Source: an uncultured Gemmatimonadaceae bacterium (GTDB taxonomy: Bacteria; Gemmatimonadota; Gemmatimonadetes; Gemmatimonadales; Gemmatimonadaceae). Taken from it: DNA of 64,000 nucleotides. Position numbers and translations under genes: made by a program. Each line of letters opens with the position of its first letter. The first letter of the stretch is position 1. Shown in pieces: positions 19,930-30,527 of this stretch. The stretch is taken from assembly GCA_963817955.1 (NCBI GenBank), contig CAWFQK010000006.1:32001-96000 (forward strand). The letters are read 5' to 3'. Under the pieces are notes generated by a model, which saw only the letters and a program-made list of their open reading frames with translations, did no database searches and had not been told where the DNA came from.

Positions 19930-20501
19930 GGCTGCCCCGTCGCGAAGCCAGAGACGATCGCCGCGATCGACAAGGTCTCGGCTTCTTTTTCATCAGCACG
20001 CGGCGATCGAGAAATGTCGAGCCGTTCTATACGGACCAGTTTGTCGCCACGCTCGAGGCTCTGCAAGAACATGAGCGTACCGAGCAAGTCCGATTCGGCG
20101 CGAATCTCCACGTGGAGTTGACGCACGCCGTCGCTGCCGCGTGTCGCGGGACGAGTCCCGGCGTCCTGTAGCCACACGCGTGTTCGATGGGCCACGTCGC
20201 CAACGTACGACGCGAGCTCCGCGCTCGCCATGACGTCGTCCTTGCCTTCGAACAGGCGTGGTCGCATCGCGCGCATGGCGGAATCGGCGACGCGTTGGAG
20301 TTGTGGATTCCGGTTCGCTGCCGCGACAGCGGCCCGTTCGCGCACCAACGTTGCCTGTTCCGTTGCCAGCTGATCGCGTGCCTCGCCAAGTGCGGCTTGA
20401 TAGGGCCGAACGCCCCAAATGAAGAGCACGCCTGGAAGCAACACGATCGCCCCAGTGATCACGGCGCGCCGATCGCGCGCATTCATCGTATGCCACTTCA
20501 T
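19926..20501 (-). CDS. gspM: Type II secretion protein GspM
   Basis: MNARDRRAV plus TM plus coiled coil, L..FL..LE....LV.I..L.I; operon position. Confidence 0.75.
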   Translation of the reverse strand: MKWHTMNARDRRAVITGAIVLLPGVLFIWGVRPYQAALGEARDQLATEQATLVRERAAVAAANRNPQLQRVADSAMRAMRPRLFEGKDDVMASAELASYVGDVAHRTRVWLQDAGTRPATRGSDGVRQLHVEIRAESDLLGTLMFLQSLERGDKLVRIERLDISRSPRADEKEAETLSIAAIVSGFATGQP

Positions 20502-21907
20502 GGGATCGACCTCGGCGCAACCGGATTGGAGGCCGGCGTCGGCAGCACATGTCCGTTCGTGCCAACGACGCGAGCGGCGATGGTGAAGTGCTCGAGCGCC
20601 GCGCCATCTTGTTGCAGCTCGCGGCGCACGGGTGACGCGGATTGCACGTTCGCCAATCCGGCCGTCTTCTCCAGAGCGTCGAAGACGCGTGCGGCGTGAG
20701 CGGCCAGGCCATCGACGATCAGCGAATCCTGACGCGCGCGAATGGCCGTGAGATAGGCGTCGTCCGGTATCGATTCGCTCAGTTTGGCGATCAACGAGGA
20801 CCACTGCGCCGACTGACGCTCGGCTGCGGTGAGCGATGCGAGACTTCTATAGGCTGCGTCTACCGTGGTGCGGCCGACGAGTGTCGACGCGATCTGCGGC
20901 CGAAGCTTTGCGCGTTCGGCGCGGACCACGCTCAATTGATGACGCACGCCCCAGAGCTGGACGGTCGCGGCAAGCACCAGTATGACTGCCGCGGCGGCAC
21001 CGAGCGTCCAGGTTGCGCGGCGGACCTGCGCCCGGTCGAGCGCGAGGTTTTCCTCGCCGCGAAGCACCGGCCCACTGCCGCTGCCGGCGAAGTGCGCCGC
21101 CAGCACATCGGTCGTTTCTGTAGAGGACGACCACTCTCCGACGGGCGCGGTCACGCTTACTCCGCGTGCCGCAAGAGCGGCAGACAGCACGCGGCGCTGT
21201 GGGGTGCCCCCCTCGATACCGAGGCGAGCATTCGGGCCGACGGCATCGATGATCGTGTCGGCATCGAATGCACCTGGTCCGAGGCGCCGCACACCAGCGA
21301 GGCGCCCATCGTCCAGTTGGAGCAGGTCCGTGTGGCCGGCATGTGCAACGAGTACGCAAGAAGCTTTTCGTGCGAACGACGGCCACAACGACGTTCCCGC
21401 CGCCGCCCATGCAGCTTCGGCCGGCGCAATGGTCTCGATCGTCCACCCGGATTGCTGTGCCGCTACGTGAATGGCCGCCACGAGACGAGCCGATGCGGCG
21501 GCGGCCACCACACCGCCAGTTGCACCGCGCGCACCTCGCACGGTTCGCGACGTACCGATGAGTTGTTGCGATTTCGCCCCAACGAAGTACTTCGCGGCGT
21601 TCCGCGACAGCAGCCGGTGCAGATCCTCGTCGCCGAGCGGAGGCAAGTCGAGACGGCGCACCTCGCTCAGCGGCGGCAGCAGCGACACGGCGAGCGTGCC
21701 ATTCGTGACGCCAAGCGTCTCCGCCAACGCACGCAATGCCGCTGCGAGCGACGGCCACGCGCCGCCGTCGAGTGGCGGCAGCTCGAGTGGCGCACGGAAC
21801 GCGCCTTCTATCCGCAGGCGGACGTCGACGGCGATCAGCTCGGCCGGCCCAATCGCGATGCCCGTGCGGATTCGCTTGCTCGATTGCTTGCCCCTGCGAG
21901 TCACCAT
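20498..21907 (-). CDS. gspL: Type II secretion protein GspL (PilM-like plus PilN-like domains)
   Basis: Actin-like N-terminal part, TM, C-terminal LSESIPDDAYLT...IVDGLA PilN-like pattern. Confidence 0.72.
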   Translation of the reverse strand: MVTRRGKQSSKRIRTGIAIGPAELIAVDVRLRIEGAFRAPLELPPLDGGAWPSLAAALRALAETLGVTNGTLAVSLLPPLSEVRRLDLPPLGDEDLHRLLSRNAAKYFVGAKSQQLIGTSRTVRGARGATGGVVAAAASARLVAAIHVAAQQSGWTIETIAPAEAAWAAAGTSLWPSFARKASCVLVAHAGHTDLLQLDDGRLAGVRRLGPGAFDADTIIDAVGPNARLGIEGGTPQRRVLSAALAARGVSVTAPVGEWSSSTETTDVLAAHFAGSGSGPVLRGEENLALDRAQVRRATWTLGAAAAVILVLAATVQLWGVRHQLSVVRAERAKLRPQIASTLVGRTTVDAAYRSLASLTAAERQSAQWSSLIAKLSESIPDDAYLTAIRARQDSLIVDGLAAHAARVFDALEKTAGLANVQSASPVRRELQQDGAALEHFTIAARVVGTNGHVLPTPASNPVAPRSIP

Positions 21908-22863
21908 TGGCGATACGAGATGGTGGCCCGATTGCCGGTACGTTGCACGATGGCCGTGAGTTTGGTTGGAGCAGCCTGCGGACCGGCTCGCGATGTGATC
22001 GTGAGCTCGATTTCCGTTGTCGTCGTGGTTGTCCGCCCCCTCAGCGCGCCGACAGCTGCCTGGCTCGACAACTGGCCGGGAACGCGACGACCGCCAGTTT
22101 GTCCCGGGAAGAGATCCGTGATGTTGTTGATACGCCGCCCCTGTGACCGAAGTTGTAGGATCATGTTGATCGTCGCGTCGGTCATGCCAGGCAAGGCGCG
22201 CAGCACCGGGACCGGGGCCGTGTTGACGTTGATGGTGCCCGAGCCGCGCGTCGTCAGATACGGCGAAGCCGCGGCATAGATCTCTGGCGTCATGCCCATC
22301 ACGTTCTGCAGCTCCTCTACGTCTCGAAAGGGCGCGTTCGTCGGCAACGCCAACATCTCAGCTTTGATATAGTCGTCGCGCTCAGCACCGTTCGGGCGCG
22401 CGATGCTGTCGGCGTCGCGCCAATCGAGAATGGTCTGCGCCAATTGCTGCGACTTACTGAAGTCGTGCAGCAAGAAGCTGAAGAAGGTCTGGATCTCGGT
22501 CTCACCGAGTTGATTGATGTTCAGCTTTTCACCGAGGTCCTGCGCCTGAACGTCCACTTCCATGCTGTCGACGAGGACCGGCCCGGAATACGACGAATCG
22601 ACACCGAGCCACGGATCGCCCACCCGCAGACGGCTGACGGCCATGTTGCTCGTGCTCGGCGCCACGCGGAGCGCCTGTTCGAGTCTGGCCTGCATGAGCG
22701 CCAGCGCTCCCGCCGCCGCGGCGCGCTGAATGCCGCGCTCGGAGGCCAGTATCCCGATGGTCCGCCGCTCATGTGCCTCGAGGCTGAATTGCAATGCAAC
22801 CGTCGCAATGGCGACGACCAGCCATAGAGCGGCGAGCAACGCGACTCCGCGGCGCGGTCTCAT
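21901..22863 (-). CDS. gspK: Type II secretion minor pseudopilin GspK
   Basis: RRGVALLAALW (no Glu5), KLNIN, ILDWRDAD, EELQNVMGM, INVNTAP..VL.ALPG. Confidence 0.88.
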   Translation of the reverse strand: MRPRRGVALLAALWLVVAIATVALQFSLEAHERRTIGILASERGIQRAAAAGALALMQARLEQALRVAPSTSNMAVSRLRVGDPWLGVDSSYSGPVLVDSMEVDVQAQDLGEKLNINQLGETEIQTFFSFLLHDFSKSQQLAQTILDWRDADSIARPNGAERDDYIKAEMLALPTNAPFRDVEELQNVMGMTPEIYAAASPYLTTRGSGTINVNTAPVPVLRALPGMTDATINMILQLRSQGRRINNITDLFPGQTGGRRVPGQLSSQAAVGALRGRTTTTTTEIELTITSRAGPQAAPTKLTAIVQRTGNRATISYRQW

Positions 22864-23531
22864 CGGCCAGCCTGCCCTACGCCGACGCTTCCAATGGGCC
22901 AGATCATGGGCAGTGTGAGGATCCGTGGAAGCTGGACAAGACTCGATCCGAGCGTCACGCGCACAGCCTTTGGAACAACCGTCGAAACTTGCGACGCGGC
23001 GAACCAGCGGTTCGTGCGCGTATCGAGGAATTCCACTTTCAACGAATCGATCGTCGAATCGAGCATCCGTCGCACGAGCGGTGTCTGCACGTTCGGCTGA
23101 TACTCGATACAGAGTCCCGTTTCCGACGTGTTGTTGTCGGCGTCCACGTACAAGCGAATGCGCACGTCCGCCAGCAGCGATGGATTGAGCGCAGACGTCG
23201 TGAACGTGAGCTCGTCGCCGCTTGCCTGCGCTGCGGACACCGCCGCGACGTTCGTTCCGCCGGTAGACGGCGCTGCGGCTCCGCGGCCGGCACGTGAGAG
23301 TCCACGCGGACCTCCGCCGAGCTGGATCTGCACCTGGCCGGCGTCGATCCATCCGTGCAGCATCTCGCGCAACGCCGCCGCTCGCTCGGTGGACACCGAG
23401 GCGTCGCGGATGATCTGGCGGTGATCGATGATCGAACCGAAGGCTGCCGCACCGGCAGCGGCCATCATGCCCGTGATCGCCAGTCCGATCACGAGCTCCA
23501 TGAGGGTCATTCCGCGGCGCGCATGCATCAT
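22860..23531 (-). CDS. gspJ: Prepilin-type pseudopilin (GspJ-like)
   Basis: RRGMTLMELVIGL class III signal; position between gspI and gspK. Confidence 0.72.
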   Translation of the reverse strand: MMHARRGMTLMELVIGLAITGMMAAAGAAAFGSIIDHRQIIRDASVSTERAAALREMLHGWIDAGQVQIQLGGGPRGLSRAGRGAAAPSTGGTNVAAVSAAQASGDELTFTTSALNPSLLADVRIRLYVDADNNTSETGLCIEYQPNVQTPLVRRMLDSTIDSLKVEFLDTRTNRWFAASQVSTVVPKAVRVTLGSSLVQLPRILTLPMIWPIGSVGVGQAGR

Positions 23532-23932
23532 TGGCGCGTCACCAACGGAGGAGTGCGGTACTGGTACGTCCGCACGGTGTATGAACCGGCTGGCCACTCG
23601 ACAGTGACCCGTATGTCATACACGCCAGCCTGCGCCGACAGCGCGGTGCTCGTCGCTGTCCAGGAGTACTCGTCGAGAGGCGGCAGGAAGTTGCCTTTCG
23701 CCACGGAATCGGCCAGCGACTGGAGCTCGACGTCGCTCAACAGATTCATGAATTCCAGGCGGGAGCCGGCAAGGGCCTCGAGCTCCATGGCACGACGAGC
23801 CCGCTCCGCGGTCCGCATGTCTGAGCCGACAGCTTCGAGCGCGCCCACCGCCGTCATGCCGACGATGGCGACCGCCACCACGGCCTCGAACAACGAGATG
23901 CCGCGCCGGCGGCGGTCAGCGGGAATCGGCAC
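23528..23932 (-). CDS. gspI: Prepilin-type pseudopilin (GspI-like)
   Basis: RRGISLFEAVVAV; ~134 aa with IRVTVEW. Confidence 0.72.
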   Translation of the reverse strand: MPIPADRRRRGISLFEAVVAVAIVGMTAVGALEAVGSDMRTAERARRAMELEALAGSRLEFMNLLSDVELQSLADSVAKGNFLPPLDEYSWTATSTALSAQAGVYDIRVTVEWPAGSYTVRTYQYRTPPLVTRQ

Positions 23933-24374
23933 GGGCTATTCCGCTCCACGCGTCCACGCGGACAATCAGCGGTACGTCGCCGCCGCGAATGACCGCCGTG
24001 TCGGCGAAGGCCGCTCCCGTGGACCGAAAGACGTACTGCAACCGCGGTTGATCGGTGGCGAGCGTCCGCGTCATGCCCAGGTCCAGCACACCGGTCGCCA
24101 ACGTGCCGAACCCGTTCACGCCGGAGGTATCGAGCTGGTACTTGAGCGTCTTGGGATCGACGCGCAACGTGGACGTGCCGTTGAAGGTGATGGCAGCCTT
24201 GCGCGCATCGTGCAGCAGTCCGAGCAGCGCGTCGGCGCCACCAGCGGGCTGCTCGCTTCCCAAACGTGCGAACGCGGGCACAGCGAGCGTGGCGGCGATG
24301 GACATCACGAGGAGAACCATCGTGAGCTCCCACAGCGTGAAGCCGGAACGAGTACCGCGGGCGCCGGTGGTCAC
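23916..24374 (-). CDS. gspH: Prepilin-type pseudopilin (GspH-like)
   Basis: RSGFTLWELTMVL...AR..AI...F...G. Confidence 0.72.
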   Translation of the reverse strand: MTTGARGTRSGFTLWELTMVLLVMSIAATLAVPAFARLGSEQPAGGADALLGLLHDARKAAITFNGTSTLRVDPKTLKYQLDTSGVNGFGTLATGVLDLGMTRTLATDQPRLQYVFRSTGAAFADTAVIRGGDVPLIVRVDAWSGIARADSR

Positions 24375-25573
24375 TTGAACGAGTTCGCGTTGATGCCGTA
24401 GATCGCCTGCAGCAGCGAGAGCGCGACGAAAGCAACGATCGCCCCGAACATCACGATCATGGCGGGTTCGGCAAGCGTGGCCAAACGCTGCGTCGCGCGT
24501 TCCGTTCGTTCCTCGAAAATGTCCGCCGCCTTCATGAGGAACACTCGCAACTGCCCAGCTTCCTCTCCAACACCGACGAGTTGCGCGAGCAGCGGCGGGA
24601 AGATCGAACTGTCACTGACCGCTGCCCGAAGCGAACTCCCTTCGCGGACGCGAGTGCGAATGCGCACCGCATCGTCTCGAGCGACGGGGTCTCCGATCGA
24701 TTCTATGGTGTCGTCGAGTGCGACGAGCAATGGCGCGCCGCCGCCGAGCAGCACGCCGACCAGACGTGCGAAGCGCCCCGCCAACGCATACCGCCGCAAC
24801 ATGCTCACGCCAGGCAGCGTGAGCAGAATCTTCGACCAGGCCCGCCGGCCATCGTCCGTGTTCGTGGCCCACGCGGCAAACGCGGCGACCCCGAACGGAA
24901 TGAGCAGGAGAACCGGCCAGAAGCGATGCAGCAGGGCGGAAAATGCAAGCAACATTGACGTTGACGTCGGCAGCTTTGCTCCGCTTCCCTCGAGCAGCGT
25001 CACGAACCGCGGCAGCACGAAGAGCAGAAGGACGGTCACGGCGATGGCGCCGGCGGTGGCGAGCAACAAGGGATAGATTGCCGCCGAAAGCACCTTACCA
25101 CGCAGTTGTTCGTCGCGATCGAGCTGGTCCGCCAGGCGTGCGAACGCCGCGTCGATGTCGCCACTTCGCTCGCCGGCACGCACGAGGCCTACGTAGAGCG
25201 GTGGGAATAGCTGGCGATGCTCGGCCAGCGCTGAACTCAGCGTGTCGCCGCGTTCCACGCGCGCCCGCACTTCCTGCATTGCACTTTTCACATCGCCCGA
25301 TGCAACGCCCGACGCAGCCTGCAGCGCCTGGGCCAGCGGCATGCCAACCGGCAGCAGCGCAGCCATGGCACGCGTGACTTCGAGTACCTCGCGCCGTCGC
25401 CCAAAGCGGAACCCACGCTGTGACGACTCGGCCTCAGCCGACTCCGCGACGTCGAGTACGAGCAGCCCGCGCTGTTCGAGTGTACGCGCCAGCGCGCCCG
25501 AACTCACCGCCTGCGCGTGGCCACGCAGGCGTTTGCCCGATCCGTCCACGGCTTGATACGCGTAGGTAGGCAT
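24371..25573 (-). CDS. gspF: Type II secretion inner membrane platform GspF
   Basis: MPTYAYQAVD..GK, AGERSG, AAIYP, GEEAG, LAEP. Confidence 0.92.
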   Translation of the reverse strand: MPTYAYQAVDGSGKRLRGHAQAVSSGALARTLEQRGLLVLDVAESAEAESSQRGFRFGRRREVLEVTRAMAALLPVGMPLAQALQAASGVASGDVKSAMQEVRARVERGDTLSSALAEHRQLFPPLYVGLVRAGERSGDIDAAFARLADQLDRDEQLRGKVLSAAIYPLLLATAGAIAVTVLLLFVLPRFVTLLEGSGAKLPTSTSMLLAFSALLHRFWPVLLLIPFGVAAFAAWATNTDDGRRAWSKILLTLPGVSMLRRYALAGRFARLVGVLLGGGAPLLVALDDTIESIGDPVARDDAVRIRTRVREGSSLRAAVSDSSIFPPLLAQLVGVGEEAGQLRVFLMKAADIFEERTERATQRLATLAEPAMIVMFGAIVAFVALSLLQAIYGINANSFK

Positions 25574-25618
25574 GAGTGAGGCTGAGGATGACATCGCGGC
25601 GGCTGCGCCGACGCGATG

Positions 25619-26089
25619 TCACTTCCAACTGGTGATATCTGCGTCTTCGCCCTCGCCGCCCGGCGTGCCATCGCGGCCGTACGACAACAGGTCGTATCCC
25701 TGCAGGTTCACCTGCCCAGGGAACAGATAGACATACGGTCGTCCCCAGGGGTCGGGAGGAACGGGCTTCCGGAGGTATGGCGCGCGCCAGTTCGGCGGCG
25801 GGTCGACCGTCGGCTTTTCCCACAGGGCATTCAGCCCCTGTTCGGTGCTCGGATATCGTCCGTTATCCAGACGATATGCGTCGAGCGCGGCGCCGAGCAT
25901 CTCGATCTGAGACTTGGCCGTGGCGTCTTTCGCTGCACCAACGTGCTGAAAGATGTTTGGCGCGACGAGCGTGGCGAGAATCGCGATGACCACGATCACC
26001 ACGAGGATCTCGATGAGCGTGAATCCGGAGCGCCGCCCACCAAGGCTGCGTCGTTGGAGCCGCGCGCGAACGCGTGTGACAGGCATCAT
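25619..26089 (-). CDS. gspG: Type II secretion major pseudopilin GspG
   Basis: GFTLIEILVV, YRLDNGRYPSTEQGL, PDPWG.PY.Y, SYG.DG.PGGEG.DADI. Confidence 0.95.
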   Translation of the reverse strand: MMPVTRVRARLQRRSLGGRRSGFTLIEILVVIVVIAILATLVAPNIFQHVGAAKDATAKSQIEMLGAALDAYRLDNGRYPSTEQGLNALWEKPTVDPPPNWRAPYLRKPVPPDPWGRPYVYLFPGQVNLQGYDLLSYGRDGTPGGEGEDADITSWK

Positions 26090-26254
26090 CTGGGAGGGAA
26101 AGAGCGAGCACTGCGGACTGTTGGACACATCGAGCGCGGAAACGGTTTTCCTACCATGACTTAGCCGCGCCCTGATATAACTACGCGTGAATGGCAGACG
26201 CCGTTTGACCGGTCGGCGTTAAGATGCCTGAGTGCGCAGGTCTCGGCCAGATGT

Positions 26255-26298
26255 GGGACACGAGACACGAGACACGGGACACGAGACAACGAGACACG
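26255..26298. repeat. Heptamer tandem repeat (G[A/G]GACAC)n
   Basis: About six units read directly, just after the fabH stop; same unit at 59413-59446. Confidence 0.85.
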
Positions 26299-26301
26299 CG
26301 C

Positions 26302-27361
26302 CTACGCCCGATACAGCTCCGCGCCCCAGTGCAATCCCGAGCCAAGCGCGGTGAAGCAAATCAACATGTCGGGCTTGATGAGTCCGTCACGCACACACTC
26401 ATGGTAGAGAATCGGTAGGGTGCCAGCCGTCGTGTTCCCGTATCGCTCGATGTTGTGCGGAACTTTCTCCGGCGGGAAGTCGAGCTGCTTCGCCACCGCT
26501 TCGACGATCCGGAGGTTTGCCTGGTGAATCAACAGCAGGTCGATGTCGGCAACCTCCACCCCGACAGACGCGCAAACCTGCCGAACCGCCTCCGGCATGC
26601 GCGACACCGCCTCCTTGAACACCGAGCGACCTTCCATCATGGGAATCGATTCGCCCGCGTCGAGTTGCTCGTGCGTCACGTACGGACGCCGACGAAACCC
26701 CACCCCCGGCACGTACAAGCGCCTCGATGTTCGATCCGTCGCTGAACAGCTTCGACGCGAAAAATCCATGCCGATCGTCGTCACGCGCCTCGACGACCAT
26801 CGCACCGGCTCCGTCCCCGAACAGGACGGTCCGATCGCGGATCGCCGTGTTTGCTGCGTACTGCTCCGGAGTCACCGTCCCATCGCCACGTCCAATGGTG
26901 ACATCCCATCCATTCTGCCAGGGCATGAATGGAGTGTGGACGTCGGCGCCGACGATGAGGAGGCGCTTGAACTTGCGCGATTGCAGCAGGGAATCGGCAA
27001 GATCGAGCGCGTAGAGGAATCCCGAGCACTGCTGGCGAATATCAAAGGTGGGAATATTCCCAAACCCCATCCGCGCTTGCAGCAGAGGACCGTTGCCGGG
27101 GAAGAAGTAGTTCGGTGTCATCGTCGCGAAGATCAGGCCGTCGACATCGGCGGTCGTCACCCCCGCCGATATCATCGCCTGCTCGGCTGCCATCATCCCC
27201 AGTTCGGCGGACCCTTGCCCCGGATCGGCATAGTGCCGCTGCTCGATGCCGCTCCGGGTGCGGATCCACTCGTCCGACGTATCCATGATCTTCGACAGCA
27301 CGTCGTTCTTCACGACATTCGTCGGAATACCGATTCCAGTCCCGACGATGACGGATCTCAT
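26302..27361 (-). pseudogene. fabH: 3-oxoacyl-ACP synthase III (FabH family) with one +1 frameshift near 26717 (real or sequencing error)
   Basis: N-part DTSDEWIRTRSGI, QQCSGF, LFGDGAGA; C-part in another frame HQAN, YGNT, GSGLHWG; joining gives IEALYVP. Confidence 0.85.
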
Positions 27362-27368
27362 GCTTCGA

Positions 27369-30300
27369 TCAGTCCGCTGCGTCGCCGCTCGTGCTCACGG
27401 CCACGCGACCGTCCATCGCCGCCACCGGCAGCACCTCGTGCCGCGGCTGACGGCCGAACGCGCTGGCCCACCGGCCCGATCGCTCACGCAGTGTGTCCAT
27501 GTAGGTATAGACCACCGGCGTCACGTAGAGCGTGATGAGCTGTGAGAACGCGAGGCCACCAACGACGGTCACGCCGAGTGGACGCCGGGACTCTGCGCCC
27601 GCACCCATGGACAGCGCGATGGGCAGAGTTCCCATGAGCGCCGCCATCGTCGTCATCATGATCGGCCGGAAGCGGATGAGGCAAGCGTGCACGATGGCGT
27701 CGGCGGGAGCGCGGCCCTCCGACCGTTCCGCCTCGAGCGCGAAGTCGATCATCATGATCGCGTTCTTCTTGACCAGGCCAACGAGCAGGATGATACCGAC
27801 GAACGCATACACGCTCAGATCGATCTTGAAGATCATCAGCGTCAGGAGCGCACCGAATGCAGCGAACGGAAGTCCCGAAAGAATCGTGATGGGATGGATG
27901 AAGCTCTCGTACAGCACGCCCAGGACCACGTAGATCACAAAGACGGCGATCCCGAGCAGCGCGAGCATGCCGGCCTGCGTGGACTGGAACGCCTGGGCGG
28001 TGCCGGAGAATCCGGTGTTGATGGCGGCCGGCAGCACCTTGGTCGCAATGCGCTGCACCTCGTCGGTCGCCTGTCCAAGGGCGACACCCGGCCGGAGGTT
28101 GAACGACATCGTGACGGACGGGAGCTGACCGGAGTGATTGACCGTCAAAGGTCCGGCACTCTGCGTGACCGATGCGACCGCGCTCAGCGGAACGAGTGCG
28201 CCGGTGTTCGAGCGAACATATAACAGGTCGAGGGCCGCCAGGTCGCGCTGGTACTGAGGCAGTATTTCCATCACGACCCAGTACTCGTTGTTCGGCGTGT
28301 AGATCGTCGATACCTGCCGCGCCCCGTACGCATTGTACAATGCCATTTCGATCTGCTCCGCCGTCACGCCCAGCGACGACGCGCGCTCGCGATCGATCTG
28401 CACACTGGCCTGCGGATTACTGAGCTGCAGATCGCTCGTCACGTCCTGAACCAGATTCGACTGCCGTACCTGGTCGGCGAGCTGCTGCGCCGCCGGATAC
28501 AACTCCGCGATGTCCGAGCTCTGCATAGTGAACTGGTACAGGCTCTTCGAAACGCGGCCGCCGATCTGGATGGCCGGAGGATTCTGCATGTACACGGTGA
28601 TCCCCGGCACCTTTGCCAACTTCGGACGCAGCTCCTTGATGATGTCGTCCACCGACAACCGCTGGTCGCGCGGCTTGAGGCCGATCAGGAACCGCCCCTG
28701 ATTGAGCCCGGTCGTCATGCTGCCGCCACCCGTGGCCGACATGAATCCCGCGACATTGGTGTCTTGCTGCACCACGGCGGCGGCGGCCTGCTGATGGCGC
28801 ACCATGTCTTCGAACGACGTCCCCTGCGCCGCTTCCGTCGTAGCGTAGAGCTGGCCGGTGTCCTGGCTGGGAATGAATCCCTTGGGGATGATGACGAACA
28901 ACACCACGGTACCAACGAGAATCAGACCGGAGAACACGATGGTCGTCCGCCGGTGCTGCATGACCCAGAGAAGACTCGTCCCGTACTTCTGCACGAGCCA
29001 CTCGTATGCGGCTTCGGTGATCTGATAGAGCCGTCCGTGCGTTTGTTCGGTGTGCGGCCGCAGGAACCGGCTCGACAACATCGGCGTCAGCGTGAGCGAG
29101 ACGAAGCCCGACACGAGAATCGACGCAGCAATCGTGACGGCGAACTCGTGGAACAGACGGCCGACGATGCCGCCGAGGAACAGGATCGGGATGAAGACCG
29201 CCGTCAGCGAGATCGTCATCGACATGATCGTGAACCCAACTTCGGCCGCACCGTCCATGGCCGCGCGCATTGGCGGCTTTCCCATCTCCATGTGGCGGAC
29301 GATGTTCTCGAGCATCACGATCGCGTCGTCCACCACGAAACCCACGGCGAGCGTCAGCGCCATGAGCGACAGGTTGTCCAGGCTGTAGTTCAGCGTGTAC
29401 ATCACCGCGAACGTGCCGATCACCGAGATGGGCAGCGCCAGACTCGGGATGAGCGTCGCGGAGACGTTGCGCAGGAACAGGAAGATCACGAGCACGACCA
29501 GCACGAGCGTCAGCACGAGCGTGAACTTCACGTCGGCCACCGATTCGCGAATGGACTGCGTTCGGTCGTACAAGCTCTGGACCGAGATCGACGCCGGAAG
29601 TTGCTTCTCGAGCGACTTCATCAGCTCATTCACGGCGGTGGCGACTTCCACCGTATTGCTGCCCGGCTGTCGCTGAACGGCAAGGACGATGGCGCGGCTG
29701 CTGCCGGACCAACTCGCCGCCTTGTTGTTCTGCACATCGTCGAGGACCAGGCCCAGGTCGCCCAGACGGACAGGCGCGCCGTTGCGATACGTGACGACGA
29801 GCTTGCGGAACCCGGCCGCGTCCTGCAATTGGCCGTTCGCCTGCACGGTATAGGCGCGATTCGGGCCGTTCAGCACACCGGTGGGCAGATTCACGTTCTG
29901 CGCGGCGATCGACGTCGCTACTTCGTCGATCCCGATCTGCCGCTGTGCCATGGCGCTCGGATCGAGCTGCACGCGCACCGCGTACTTCTGCGAGCCAAAC
30001 ACGTTCACCTGTGCGACGCCTGGCACCATCGAAATGCGCTGCGCCATGAGCGTCTCGCCGTATTCGTCGAGCTGCGACAGTGGCATCAACGACGACGTCA
30101 GCGTGAAGTACAGAATGGCCCCGTCGGCCGGATTCACTTTCTGATACGACGGCGGAATGATGCCTGGCGGCAGATCGCGCAACGTCTTAGCGATCATTGC
30201 CTGGACGTCCTGTGCGGCCGCGTCGATGTTCCGTTCCAGGTTGAACTGGATGGTGATCGACGTGACGCCCAGACCGGACGTCGACGTCATGTTGTCGATG

Positions 30301-30527
30301 CCGGCGATCGTCGAGAACTGCTTCTCCAACGGCGTGGCGACGGCAGACGCCATCGTCTCGGGACTCGCGCCGGGCAGACTGGCGCTGACCGTGATGGTCG
30401 GAAAATCGACCGTGGGCAGGTCACTCACCGGCAGACGGCGATACGCCGTGATGCCGAAGAAGAGAATCCCCGCCATCAGAAGGACCGTCGTGACGGGCCG
30501 CCGGATGAACAGGTCGGAGAAGTTCAC
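27369..30527 (-). CDS. RND efflux permease (MdtB/MdtC-like)
   Basis: FIRRPV, PGASPE, GFVVDDAIVMLENI, VKKNAIMMIDFA, RFRPIMMTT; 1052 aa. Confidence 0.95.
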   Translation of the reverse strand: MNFSDLFIRRPVTTVLLMAGILFFGITAYRRLPVSDLPTVDFPTITVSASLPGASPETMASAVATPLEKQFSTIAGIDNMTSTSGLGVTSITIQFNLERNIDAAAQDVQAMIAKTLRDLPPGIIPPSYQKVNPADGAILYFTLTSSLMPLSQLDEYGETLMAQRISMVPGVAQVNVFGSQKYAVRVQLDPSAMAQRQIGIDEVATSIAAQNVNLPTGVLNGPNRAYTVQANGQLQDAAGFRKLVVTYRNGAPVRLGDLGLVLDDVQNNKAASWSGSSRAIVLAVQRQPGSNTVEVATAVNELMKSLEKQLPASISVQSLYDRTQSIRESVADVKFTLVLTLVLVVLVIFLFLRNVSATLIPSLALPISVIGTFAVMYTLNYSLDNLSLMALTLAVGFVVDDAIVMLENIVRHMEMGKPPMRAAMDGAAEVGFTIMSMTISLTAVFIPILFLGGIVGRLFHEFAVTIAASILVSGFVSLTLTPMLSSRFLRPHTEQTHGRLYQITEAAYEWLVQKYGTSLLWVMQHRRTTIVFSGLILVGTVVLFVIIPKGFIPSQDTGQLYATTEAAQGTSFEDMVRHQQAAAAVVQQDTNVAGFMSATGGGSMTTGLNQGRFLIGLKPRDQRLSVDDIIKELRPKLAKVPGITVYMQNPPAIQIGGRVSKSLYQFTMQSSDIAELYPAAQQLADQVRQSNLVQDVTSDLQLSNPQASVQIDRERASSLGVTAEQIEMALYNAYGARQVSTIYTPNNEYWVVMEILPQYQRDLAALDLLYVRSNTGALVPLSAVASVTQSAGPLTVNHSGQLPSVTMSFNLRPGVALGQATDEVQRIATKVLPAAINTGFSGTAQAFQSTQAGMLALLGIAVFVIYVVLGVLYESFIHPITILSGLPFAAFGALLTLMIFKIDLSVYAFVGIILLVGLVKKNAIMMIDFALEAERSEGRAPADAIVHACLIRFRPIMMTTMAALMGTLPIALSMGAGAESRRPLGVTVVGGLAFSQLITLYVTPVVYTYMDTLRERSGRWASAFGRQPRHEVLPVAAMDGRVAVSTSGDAAD

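Noticed and set aside
19421..19999. 795-aa version of GspD and similar long N-extensions for GspK, GspM and the 9556 aminotransferase
   Set aside because: Extensions overlap neighbouring genes and read as non-protein-like; downstream starts were chosen
26700..26730. Programmed frameshifting in fabH (and at 36907, 45295)
   Set aside because: No slippery heptamer or stimulatory structure seen; single-base insertion errors or mutations are simpler
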